Shown: positions 12,006 to 23,430, counted from the first letter of the whole stretch. The stretch: DNA of 56,034 nucleotides, filler included, from Sphacelaria rigidula (GCA_964200075.2; 4 parts of 4 records of this genome joined end to end with filler, not necessarily neighbours in it), one strand, 5' to 3'. The notes: generated by a model from the letters alone, not told the origin. A program made the numbers and translations.

Positions 12006-13935
12006 GACTCTTCCAGTCTAAAACCCCTATCGATTTCGTTTTTTTGCGGATAACTTCGTCAAATGGACACGAAACGCATCCTACTCCAAGAGGTACCTGG
12101 ACAAACAGCAGTTGCCGCTGCCCACCTAGTATCATACTTCAAATCGAAGTCTTGAGTAAGAACCTCCAGCGTTTGGTGCCCATGTATAAGGACGATCTAC
12201 ATCGAGTATCATGCTCCGAAACGTACCTGACAGTAGCAATGCTAGCGGATCCTACGTCCTGACAGTCTGTGACAGTCTGTGACAGTCTGGCAGCCGGCGA
12301 CGTGGTTATGGTAGTAACACTATATTCGTGAGATCAAGAGGGTAAGATCGGATTCAGAGTGAGACCCGAAACAAATGACAAAACCGTCGATTTTGACATC
12401 ACCACAGTTCGAGGAGTAATGCGCCCAGCTAGTGAAGCGGTGGCTTCAATGAAAGCTGTCACCTACACAATCAATTTGACACATCATTTTATCGCAAAGA
12501 CGTAGTCAGTTCATTGCAACAAAATATCCCCTCTTTCAGGAAAAAACGATTAGTGCCTGAAACAGTTTCAGTTCCGAAATTCCCCCGCAGGGGTAAAAAT
12601 GCTTTGTGCGGTATCTCACCAACCAGACCACCGAATTCCTCGAATGGGGTACTGTACAGTAGCTGCACGCACAGGACGTGTGCTCAAGCGAAAAAAAAAA
12701 GTTGGCTGTAAGGAACGCTAGAGCATCCACTCTGAATCCGATATTACGCTCTGAATCTCACGAATATGTCGTTTAGTGTCCTTCTAGCGATGTCAACTTA
12801 CAGTGCACTGGAGCAGAGCTTGCAGGTGAATATTTCGGCGATTGCCTCACCTGCAATTCGCCCAGATGTTGCCCCTGCATTGATTATGGAAAATGTACCC
12901 AACCGTGGACAAACCAATACTGCAGACAGTACGAACACGATGTGGAAAGTGTACTGCGCAACGTCCAGTGTGCTGTGTGTGTTGTCGTCCCATAAATTAT
13001 GGACGCCGGTCTCCACCTTTCGGTATATGTCGGCGCACCAGCCGCGGCTGTGTTACCACACAGCTTCGCCCAAGATATACAGGCAGCCATTACAACGACG
13101 GAGGCGGCCTTCACTCCTGCGTGCGCCACCTGGGGCAAACGCACGATGTAGCTGCAACACGGACAGCTTTACAAAACGTGACGTGGCAGTATAGCGCGTG
13201 GCGAGGAGGTTTATATCCCGCGTACACCTTGGCTACGACAAGCCAGCTGCACTCATGTCGTGGTCTGATCACGAGGTGATACTAGCTTTACTCCCGAAGA
13301 ACATACTAGGCCAGGGGTGACACGGAGTCAGCGGCTGGTTATGGTAAACAATTGCAGTCGAGAGGAATGACCATTCAACTCGCGAGTAACAGACCCTCGA
13401 GTCCGGCCAGTACTACACTATAAAGCAAGCAGGGACTCACTTTCACGTGCAGAAGAGGTGTTCTTGACTTGCTTGCAAGCGAGATGTCTCCAAGTGGTGG
13501 CTGATAACTCTGTTATCAATTAGTCTTAGCTAGGTGGCTAAAAACGAGTGACCAGGTTGGGACGATACTGCAAAACCCGACTGGAATATAACCGCACCAA
13601 CGTACAGCTGGAATACGACCTATCGCCCATATCACGCACATCGAGAACGCCTTCTATATAGGCGATTGATATCCGCCGTCACATCTCCCTCTCTTGCTTC
13701 GTGTGCGCTGTAATGCAAAGTAGGGAATGCCACGACTTGTTTCATATAAAAAATGATCCACTCAAATATATGCTATCAGCCTAAAAATCGACGAGAAAAC
13801 CGCGGAATTTCAGGGCTAGCGATGACCACGGGAAAAACTTGTCATGAAATCAAAAGATGGGCCAAACCTGGTTACTATTATTATTATTTATTATATCCAT
13901 CACATTAGCTCGATCTCTCGAACCCGTGGTCACAG

Positions 13936-14035
13936 NNNNNNNNNNNNNNNNNNNNNNNNNNNNNNNNNNNNNNNNNNNNTTAATTAATTAANNNNNNNNN
14001 NNNNNNNNNNNNNNNNNNNNNNNNNNNNNNNNNNN
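13936..14035. other. Artificial contig spacer N44-TTAATTAATTAA-N44
   Basis: Exactly 100 nt with stops in all six frames. Identical to 27969-28068 and 42002-42101. Confidence 0.98.
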
Positions 14036-14180
14036 GGCTACATGAAGCGCCTCATATTGGCGACATTGGCGAGAACGAACCCAAGCGTGGGAATTTCCAG
14101 CTGCCCGTTGTGCTCGGCTTTTCCCATTCCGATTTACCTAAAGATTTCGCCTCCCAAACCCATGCACTTTCAGGGGGGGT
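14036..14180 (+). repeat. Dispersed repeat shared (inverted) with 41590-41745
   Basis: ggcgacattggcgagaacgaacccaagcgtgggaat...gttgtgctcggcttttcccatt...aaaccatgcacttt is the reverse complement of about 41605-41715. Confidence 0.85.
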
Positions 14181-14329
14181 CTATCGTAGAAAGCGTCTTT
14201 GGCGTCAGTTCGGACACCCAGAATTCCCCGAAATTGTTTTTTCAGCTAATACGCCAACATTTCGGTTATCGAGATTCAAATTTATATAAAATGTAGTGCT
14301 TGTCAAAAGTTATCGGTAGGTGGAGAAAT

Positions 14330-14800
14330 GGGACCATATTTCGAAGATTTGGGGTGGATACGAAGATTTTAGTTCTCCGGGTTTCTCATCCCTCATGAAA
14401 GATTCATCCCCAATTTGAAAGATCCCGTGCTTCATGCAGAAAATGACCACAGAGTCATCCCACGATAGGGGGGGGGTGTTTGGTTCCACGAAAAACGAGG
14501 CTCATAAGTGTGTCAGACATCCTTCCACACTTGCGTTGTATTTGGTTCCAAACGTGTCAGGCAGTATGAATGAACGTTATTGATTCACAACAAGCTTGTT
14601 CGAACAACCGTTGCTGCTTTCAACGACAATCTGATTCGAAATTTCGAACAACAAATGGCCCAAAATACCCCCCCCCTTATCGTAGGATTACTCCACACGT
14701 GTGCACAACTATTCCACAAATATTTGAGGCTATAAAACGGTCCTCATGGATCTGACTTTGGCACATGAATCCCCCCGATTTTCACAGATTGGGGTCTCGA
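14330..14800. mobile_element. Arm of the 53055-53515 foldback family, followed by a second foldback element
   Basis: 14335-14410 catatttcgaagatttggggtggatacgaagat matches 53404-53490. gagtcatccacgatagggggggggg (about 14452) is inverted relative to ccccccccccttatcgtaggattactc (about 14667-14693). Confidence 0.65.
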
Positions 14801-16022
14801 CATAATTGAAATTGGACACGATGAAAATGAGTCTGACACAGCAGATTTGCTCGAATCTCTACATCAGCCACTAGATTTCACGTCTGCGAACGCCGTGGAC
14901 ATGCTCAACCATGGCAACATAAAACCAACATATCAGATAACAGCACGTCAGTGACGTTCATTGGTACCGCAATACAGTGGATCCAATCGATGTCTTCACG
15001 ATCAAACTGATAAGCGCGCACGATTACCTCCCTTCGACTCGAGGGTGTTGCAAGTACTCATCCAGTTCTCAGATTTACAGGATGAAGCTCGAACTTTGCT
15101 TCTCGATTCAGGGGTTCGCAGGTCTAACTCGACTTTTCTCCGCATTGGTGCAGGCTTTTACAGGCTGGTCCCACCAGAGGCAAACAAAGTGGGACTCTGT
15201 CCAGGTCCTACTCACGGACTGTAGCGCCGATACAAATATAGCCCGAACGTCGAAATCAATGAAGATCGATTAACTATAATACTGTTGTTCCCCCAACAAG
15301 GACCATAAACAGCGAGAGGAAAATGGGGTGGTGGCAACGACGGATGTTGAACGGATGACATACCTCGTTCCGAGCGCGGAAGCACTGTCCAAGCTGCGAT
15401 CGACCTGGTGACGGATCATATCAAGTTATTCCTGTATTTACATGCCACTCACACTGAAAGTCTGCTGTAAATGCCTGTCCCTCTGACCCACGATACCACG
15501 ACTACACCCTTCGCTCAGCCGTCTGACACCTGCGACTCACATGTCCACTCTGCCAAGTGTTGGGAGCTGGAAAGTTCACAAGCCATACGTTTTCTTACGA
15601 ACATGTGACATCCTCGACAAGCCGCTTGTTCCATTGGCAATACAGGGTTTGTTCCCAGCGAACATAAAAGCCAGGGAGCTGCTACGGTACTCACAGCAAA
15701 GCAGCACCTGGCGCATGAATGTATTGCAGTACACTGTACGTGTGCCAATCAACAGAACAGGCATTACGGCCATCATACCCGCTACAAGAACAAAAGCACA
15801 AACTTGCCCGAACTGCTTTTGTCACCGAGAACTCAACTGTTGCAACAGAACTCTGGCGCAGGCATCACCATGGTCACACAAGAATAGCTCCACCCTGCCG
15901 CAAAGATACGTACGAAAACAGGGGCTGCGGCGGCGAGTGCAAACATACCACCGAACTCTTCCAAGGTCGGCGTGAAGCAAGCATGTCAGAATAACGCAAA
16001 CTCTCGTTCGTCTTGAAAACAC

Positions 16023-18656
16023 TTACACAAGGTCGGGCAACGTAGCCGAAACTGCCAGCTCCATCTTCAAGCCTTCCTCTTCCCCTTGGAACACCACTGA
16101 TGAAGAATCCACAGGAGCATCTTCTGGCCGGAAGTGTTCACGAACGATCGATGGCGTCTTGCGAATCCGCTTCTTCATTCTTGCATCACAACCATCGCTG
16201 GAGTTACTGCCAATTCTGCTGCCCCCACCTTCATCAGAGTAAGTGACCGCGCCAACCCTCCTCCCCAGGCTCTGCTTGAGACACTGAAGGGAAGCAAATT
16301 CTTCCGATTTCACCCTCGCGTGTGGCCTAGTCCCCAGAGGTCCTCCTTCGGCGCCCTCGGTAGGCTGCGAACCAATGAGCTCGGGACTTACGGGCACAAC
16401 AGAGCCGAAGCCGACATCACACGCACCACCCTTGTGACCAGCGGAATGATTGGGTCGTCCGTCCTGCGCGAAATATTCATCGTACATGTCTCCATGTTGC
16501 TCTCTCTTGGTTGGTCGAGATATGACATGTTGGCATACGTTACCCAGTTCGAGATTCGAGCAACCCTTGTTGCCATACTTTTGACTCACGATCTTCGCCA
16601 TCCCCGCCATGGCGTAATCGGCACACAACTCCGCCTTCCGACTTCCCGCTACACCAGACGATGGTTGTTTGGAGCAGCGCTCGTTGCCGCACTTATTGCT
16701 CCTCACATCGACCATCCCGAACCTGGCGTGGCCGGCACAGAACTCCGCCTTTCGACTCCCTGCCACACCGTACGATGGTTGTTTGAAGCAGCTCTCGCTG
16801 CCGCACTTATTGTTCCTCACATTAACCATCTCGGGCCTGGCGTGGTCGGCACAGAACTCCGCTTTCCGACTACCCGCTACGCCGTACGATGGGAGGGGGA
16901 AGCAGCCCTCGTTGTCGCACTCTTTGCTCTTTACTTCGACCATCCCCACCCTCGCGTGGCAGGCACAAAACTCTGACTTCCGACTACCCGCTACACCATA
17001 TGATCGTCGTTCGGAGCAGCCCTCGTTGTCGCACTTTTTGCTCGTTACTTCGACCATTCCCACCCTCGGGTGGCCGGCACAGAACTCTGACTTCCGACTA
17101 CCCGATACACCGTACGATGGGAGTTTGGTGCAGCCCTCGTTGCCGCACTTCTTGTTCACTACATTCACCATTCCCATCCTCGCGTGCTCGGCACAGAACT
17201 CCGCCTTCCGACCTCCCGCTACGCCGTACGATGGTCGTATGGAGCAGCCCTCGTATCCGCACTTCTTGTTCACTACATCGATCATCCCGGACCTGGCGTG
17301 CTCGGCACAGAACTCCGCCTTCCGACTATCCGCTACACCGTACGATGGGAGTTTGGTGCAGCCCTCGTATCCGCACTTCTTGTTCACTACATTCACCATT
17401 CCCATCCTCGCGTGCTCGGCACAGAACTCCGCCTTCCGACTTCCCGCTAAACCGTACGATGGTCGTATGGAGCAGCCCTCGTATCCGCACTTCTTGTTCA
17501 CTACATCGATCATTCCGAACCTGGCGTGCTCGGCACAGAACTCCGCCTTCCGACGTCCTGCTACACCATACGATGGTCGTTTGCAGCAGCCCTCGTTGCG
17601 GCACTTCTTGCTCCTTACATCGACCATCCCCACCCCCGCGTGATCGGCACAGAACTGCGTCTTCCCACCTCCCGGTACACCGTACGATGGTCGTTTGCAG
17701 CAGCCCTCGTTGCGGCACTTCTTGCTCCTTACATCGACCATCCCCACCCCCGCGTGATCGGCACAGAACTGCGTCTTCCCACTTCCCGGTACACCGTACA
17801 ACGGAATTTTGGAGCAGTCCTCGTTGCCGCACTTTTTGCTCACTACATTTACCATTCCCAGGCTGGCGTGCTCGGCACAGAACTCCGCCTTCCGACCTCC
17901 CGCTACACCATACGATGGTCGTTTGGTGCAGCCCTCGTTGCCGCACTTTTTGCTCCTCACATCGATCATTCCGGACCTGGCGTGGTCGGCGCAAAACTCC
18001 CTCTTTCGATTCCCTGCTACACCGTACGATGGTTGTGTGAAGCAGCCCTCGCTGCCGCACTTCTCGTCCCTCACATTGATCATCCCGGGCCTAGCGTGGT
18101 CGGCACAGAACTCCGCTTTCCGACTACCCGCTACACCGTGCGATGGTTTTTTGGAGCAGCCCTCGTTGCCGCACGTTTTTCTCGTTACTACGTTGACCAT
18201 CCCCACCCTCGCGTGTCCGGCACAGAACTCTGACTTCCGACTACCCGCTACACCGTACGATGGGAGTTTGGTGCAGCCCTTGCTACCGCACTTCTTGCTC
18301 CTCACATCGACCATCCCCATCCTCGCGTGCTCGGCACAGAACTCCGCCTCCCGACTTCCCGCTAAACCATGCGATGAGACTTTGGTGCAGCCCTTGTTGC
18401 CGCACCTTTTGCTCGTTACATTGACCATCCCCACCCTCGCGTGCTCGGCACAGAACTCCTTTTCCCGACTTGCTGCTACACCGTACGATGGTTTTTTGGA
18501 GCAGCCTTCGTTGCCGCACTTCTTGCTCTGCACATCGACCATCCCGGACCTGGCGTGGTCGGCACAAAACTCCCTTTTCCAGCTTCCCGCTACACCGTAC
18601 GACGCTTGTTTGAGGCAGCCCTTGTGGCCGCACTCGTTGCTCCTTACATCGACCAT
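16023..18656 (-). CDS. Intronless EsV-1-7 repeat (Cys/His-rich, zinc-finger-like) array protein: 17 intact plus degenerate 38-aa units and a C-terminal tail of about 180 aa; possibly 5'-decayed
   Basis: Tandem 114-bp units encode GMV(D/N)VxxKKCxxEGCxxxPSYGVAGSRKAEFCAxH (C-x4-C-x16-C-x2-H). This is the EsV-1-7 motif known from Ectocarpus siliculosus virus-1 and the Ectocarpus IMMEDIATE UPRIGHT family. The first in-frame ATG is at 18656; the ORF track starts at GTG 18689. Confidence 0.88.
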   Translation of the reverse strand: MVDVRSNECGHKGCLKQASYGVAGSWKREFCADHARSGMVDVQSKKCGNEGCSKKPSYGVAASREKEFCAEHARVGMVNVTSKRCGNKGCTKVSSHGLAGSREAEFCAEHARMGMVDVRSKKCGSKGCTKLPSYGVAGSRKSEFCAGHARVGMVNVVTRKTCGNEGCSKKPSHGVAGSRKAEFCADHARPGMINVRDEKCGSEGCFTQPSYGVAGNRKREFCADHARSGMIDVRSKKCGNEGCTKRPSYGVAGGRKAEFCAEHASLGMVNVVSKKCGNEDCSKIPLYGVPGSGKTQFCADHAGVGMVDVRSKKCRNEGCCKRPSYGVPGGGKTQFCADHAGVGMVDVRSKKCRNEGCCKRPSYGVAGRRKAEFCAEHARFGMIDVVNKKCGYEGCSIRPSYGLAGSRKAEFCAEHARMGMVNVVNKKCGYEGCTKLPSYGVADSRKAEFCAEHARSGMIDVVNKKCGYEGCSIRPSYGVAGGRKAEFCAEHARMGMVNVVNKKCGNEGCTKLPSYGVSGSRKSEFCAGHPRVGMVEVTSKKCDNEGCSERRSYGVAGSRKSEFCACHARVGMVEVKSKECDNEGCFPLPSYGVAGSRKAEFCADHARPEMVNVRNNKCGSESCFKQPSYGVAGSRKAEFCAGHARFGMVDVRSNKCGNERCSKQPSSGVAGSRKAELCADYAMAGMAKIVSQKYGNKGCSNLELGNVCQHVISRPTKREQHGDMYDEYFAQDGRPNHSAGHKGGACDVGFGSVVPVSPELIGSQPTEGAEGGPLGTRPHARVKSEEFASLQCLKQSLGRRVGAVTYSDEGGGSRIGSNSSDGCDARMKKRIRKTPSIVREHFRPEDAPVDSSSVVFQGEEEGLKMELAVSATLPDLV

Positions 18657-18689
18657 CCCGGACCTGGCGTGGTCGGCACAGAACTGCAC

Positions 18690-19096
18690 CTTCCGACTTC
18701 ACGCTACACCGTAAATGGGTGTTTGAAGCAGCCCTCGTTGCCGCATTTCTTGCTCGTCAAATTGGTCATCCCCGACCTGGCGTAGGCAGCGCCGAACTCC
18801 GCCTTCCGGCTTCCCGCTACACCATACGATGGATTCTTGGAAAAGCTGTTGTGGCCGCAATCCTTGCTTACTTCATCGGCCACCCCAACCCTGTTCGCCG
18901 ACACCTCCACGACGTTGACGCCCGTCATGCCATCTGATGGTCATTCCAAGCAGCCCTCCCGAGGGCACTGCCAAGCTCGTGTCACCCCTACGCTGGTGAA
19001 GCCAGAGGCTATAGCTCACACAATTTCGGCTACTCCTAGCAGTCCCACTGCCAACATGACCGGACAAGAGGAGCACGCAGTTCCTCCTGATGCTGC
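18690..19096 (-). pseudogene. Decayed upstream EsV-1-7 units (frameshift and stops)
   Basis: The repeat consensus continues upstream but is broken: GGA>TGA at about 18699-18701, a 1-nt deletion at about 18714 (cca tt tac ggt versus cca tcg tac ggt), and further in-frame TGAs in CPREGCLE*PSDG (about 18941-18943) and near 19017. Confidence 0.75.
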
Positions 19097-20862
19097 CTGA
19101 GAATATTCAACGGTTCATAAGCCGACAAGATTGTCAAGTGATCGTCAACCGCGACATAGAGTGCTTCGAGGGAAAATGGTAAACACAGGCTGTTGATATT
19201 TCGCATGGGCATTCACTACGTGATAATATCAGTGAGGCGTTTGCTCTGTCAAACGTTCCATTCCCAAAACAAAACGTGGTGCTGCCGATTCTTCGGTGAA
19301 GAACTTGGCCAAACCCTGCATATTTCCTCCACTGGATTCTCCACTGGATTTTGCAGCTCATGTAAAACGTAACACCAACACATGTCACACACTCCGGCCG
19401 AAAACAGCAGTACGGGTAAATGGTATCAACCGAAATACAAACTACAGGATGTTTTTTTTCCATCATTGAGAGTTAGATCTCGAGCCTCTACAAGGAATCT
19501 ATAGTCCACCTTTCGATGTCGTGAGTTGCGTCATGCAGAAAGCTTAACAAACTCCGAGTGTGTGTATATCACAGGTGTCTGTATAAATACCTTCACTTGA
19601 CTTCAGCCATCTGATCGTATGAACTGGTACGCTTGAGAGGGCTTGAGAGTCATCGTCATAAGTACCATACTGAACATTTCTGCACTATTACGTGCTGCCG
19701 ATGTAGAGGTGCGTATTGACACAACCAGCCCAGGACTCCGGGCCTCAAAAGGCAGGTGGGATCCTCGACAACGGATGGCTACAGGCCTTCAGTCTCGGCA
19801 CGATCCGTTGACATGCGTGCAACACACGGGTACGGAAACTGATCGAACAAGCACGTGAAACTACACTACTAAAAACGGGGTGAACAACCGAAGGTGATAT
19901 TTCAATGAACGAGTCGGCAATCCTACCGAAAATGTACGTAATCCTTCTTTATTCTCGGTAAGTATCGACCCATCGACCAAGCGATAGCTCAGAAAGACGA
20001 CGTACTGAGGAGGAGGCACCTGAAGAAAACCGGTTATGAGAACAAGAGTAACACACACTGGAATTCCTGCCTATTCATGCGAGAAGCTGGAGTCAGTGCC
20101 TTGCTGCATACTGGACCTACTCAGCACACATGGACTCAACGCAACCAGGAGACAAGAGATCAATTGGTGAATGATACACTTCGAAATGTAGGGTAATGGA
20201 ATCACTCAAGTCGACTCGTTGAAAGAGTAGGACGTATCAGTGTCTACCGGCTACGGACTGTCCATTCCGTAGGGAAGTCGTCAAGTCACGGTATCGCTTG
20301 AGCGGGGAAGCCCACGCTTGAAGAAGGTAATTTTGCATTGGGTGGAGTTTATCAGAAGCTCAACTCCCGCCTCAACGCCGGCACAGGACAACCCCGATGA
20401 TTTCCGGTAGACAGCTCATAACGAATGCACGGCCACATCATGTATCCTCAACAAATACCCGATCCTCCAGGAAGCCATGATGAACCGCCACATTTACTCG
20501 GTGTTTCTCCATAGTATGCCTCGAGAGTTGATGCCGAGTTTGCGAATGAATATGGCTTCACATGTGCAGGGACATACACTACATGCACCGCCCCCCGTGT
20601 GTGTCACAATAAATCACACAACCACGCGATTGAGACACGCCACTGTGCATGGTCGTGGTGAAGTTGGATCGTTTGGTATGGACTGGAACCGAGGTGTTGG
20701 AGCAAAAAAGCACAGGTCCAGAGCACACTAAAAGAGGTAATTTTCCCACCAACACATTGGACACATTAGCCCTCGGAAAATGGCGCTTTCGGCAAACGAG
20801 AAGATCAACACATGATGGGGCCTTCACATTATGCCATCTCAGCCCACAGGACGTGTGAACAT

Positions 20863-21570
20863 CAGTGTTGCACATCGAATATCGATCATCGATATCAATA
20901 TCGGCGATGTGCCATATCGGTATCGGAGCGTAGAAAACCGATAAATGTGATATTTATCAATATCGAATATCAATATCGAATATCGATATTTTTTTATTTT
21001 TCGTCACATTAGCTCAAGTTCTCAAAACCGTCGTCACAGTAAACGCAGGGGGAGTGGTGGAAAACGCTGACAAACGCTTCCTGTTATTGGCGGTGAGAAA
21101 CGTTGAAAAAAACGAGCTCGCATGTTCGTTTTGACACCTTTTCGTTTTCCAATGAATGAGCAAAGTCGAGGTATGTGCTCATTCGATCGAAACACACGGA
21201 ATGGTGACTGTAGAAATTAAGTATAACCAATACCACACCCGGCCCCCTGTGATCAACTAGAATACATCTTCCACGATGACGGAAGATATTCGCAAGACAG
21301 CTGTATCACCGCATGCCGCCGCTGCCATGATGTCAATTTGCACACTACCCGCTGCTGTACATCATGTGTGCACTGCTGTCCACTGGAAACTACCGTGAGT
21401 TACTTGATATACCACGCCATACCGAAACAGCCATATCGTATCGAATATCGATATTCGATACGTATCATGTCATTTTCGGAATATCGACAAAAATATCGAT
21501 ATCGGCGGTTGTGGTTCAATATTCTAAAAATATCTATCGAACTTTATTCTCGGTCCGATATGCAACACTG
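20863..21570. mobile_element. Non-autonomous hAT-type DNA transposon (708 bp) with 8-bp TSD
   Basis: TIRs CAGTGTTGCA...TGCAACACTG. Perfect flanking duplication GTGAACAT at 20855-20862 and 21571-21578. ATATCGAT-rich subterminal repeats at both ends. Confidence 0.92.
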
Positions 21571-22519
21571 GTGAACATTACCCCAGGATCAAACCTCACT
21601 CAGCCCTCAACACAAGACCGGGAGTAACGGTTGGGAAGCACTTACTTCAGCAGGTCGACAGACTCAAGTTCTTGTGACCTCCGTGTTTGCTTCATGGCTA
21701 CTTTGTACATGTGGTGGCATTTGTTCATTTATTCCTGGTGCCGCATATATGCTCTCCGTGTTGCTCGATTGTCGCACACTCAGTGATCCCGGAAAAATCG
21801 AGGCGTGGTCTCAAGATAGACGCACGCAAGGCAAAGATAACGCAGTCACTTCCCATTAATGGCGGAAACTCGAGCGACGGGAGTGATTCATAAAAGGTTG
21901 ATAAAAATAGGGCACACACAATCGGCTGAAGACACAAGTGCTACAAACCTACCATCACATGAACCACTCTTGCCCTTGCTCTTTTTCGACGTGACTGAGG
22001 TTGACTGCAATCGTGTCTGATCAGTTGTTCCCATGCCGACAACACGGTTTTACACGTCTCTGGTTGCCAACTATGATATCACTGCTGGCGTGCAATGAGT
22101 ACTTCTGATGGCATCCCGCAAAGGCGCTTTCCCACATACAACAATCTCGCAACCTACCCTTATCATGCCATGCCCGGCCAACTTGCCCTCGGGGGAACAT
22201 GGTGGGTAGGAGCCACAGCCTACACCGGTCGATGCGAGTTTTGATGTATGTCGATACTTTGCATCGTAGACAGCATCCATTCGGGTCTTGACGTGTGCTG
22301 TAATTTGGAGTATAGATGTAACGTACGTTGGGTTCGTATGGGCATGTGCTGGACACGAGGTTGCCCCGCGAGCAACACGTTTCAACACATACTTCCCCCG
22401 CCGCCGGCAAGTATATCGACGGATAGATATATCGAGTCAAGGGGATACATGGGAAAATAGTGATGAGACAACATTCGTCGAGCACAAACCATACAAAGGA
22501 CATTATTATATTATCCTAC

Positions 22520-23430
22520 GCAAGCCTTTGCCGGCCTCCGGCCGGCTGCGGTGCTTTTTCAGCGGGCCACGGAGCTGAGGTGAACATAGTTCGAGGTGTT
22601 TAAGCTGAAGCGTCATCGACAGCCAAGCTCTCCTGTATTGTTGTAGATGGTGCCTTTGTGTTTATGCGGAGGCTGAGAAGAGCATTATTCATCATGTGTA
22701 CCGGCAGCGGTGCAGTTGCCGGTGCAGTAAAACAACCGAACGAGAAGCATAAACCAAATGTTTTCGAGGCCGGTTCCGGCGGGAGGGTTGGCGGGTAGAC
22801 GCTCAACAATGCGTGAGGACAATCGGCCGCTGCTGTGTGAATGCTTGCGGCCGTGGTAAAGCGATGACTTTCGAGAATGCTACCGATTGCGTCGCGAGAA
22901 ACCCAGACCTACTTTCGAGTCTCGGTGGTACGATATCTTACATTTTTTGTCGCCGCATAGTGTAGAGGAACAACAACGCCCTTGTCGAAAAGTGGCGAGG
23001 GTGCCTGGGATTGTTGATTCGACCCTTGCTTGGTAGTCATTGGAATCGCTCCTTCCTTCCCCTTTTTCTTTTGTACACTACAGTAGGAGATCCGATGGGT
23101 GTGTTTTTACCTTAACCCCCATCAACTCGGGGAACAGACGTTTTGGTTATTTTCCAACAATTATAATGATATGGGCACTTCCTATATCGTTTTTAGTGGT
23201 GTCGCTGGTGTGGTTGGGTACTGGTATGTCTAGGCTTGTCCGTACTCCGTTGATGGCGCGGAGTAACGCTTCTTGGAGAAATAATCGACTATGTAACGTT
23301 ATTATAGGTTGCAGCTCATGCCTTCTCAATGCTTTCCTTCGTGGTTTTGCGTGTTCTTATTGGGAGGTTTGGGAATTGGTTTGTTCGCCTTCTGTTCTCT
23401 TGGTATCTCTCATTGATTTTATTCGATGAT
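22520..23430 (-). mobile_element. Possible decayed retroelement 5'/ORF1-like remnant
   Basis: Minus-strand frame MTTKQGSNQQSQAPSPLF...RK*VWVSRDAIGSILES...DDASA*TPRT is interrupted by stops and preceded by an A-rich leader. No diagnostic motif was recognised. Confidence 0.25.

Noticed and set aside
9700-13300. Scattered minus-strand exon-like segments with plausible splice sites (about 9740-9910, 10220-10340, 10950-11100, 12800-12875)
   Set aside because: I could not join them into a stop-free frame or recognise homology. A spliced lncRNA or decayed gene remains possible but is unsupported without RNA-seq.
16600-18700. Regularly spaced repeats as a possible CRISPR array
   Set aside because: The units are contiguous and coding, with no unique spacers, no cas genes and a eukaryotic context.
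16134-18785. Long overlapping ORFs (280-383 aa) on the plus strand and in alternative minus frames over the EsV-1-7 array
   Set aside because: Shadows of a 114-bp in-frame tandem repeat. A unit with no stop in another frame stays open when repeated, and the peptides have no independent motif.
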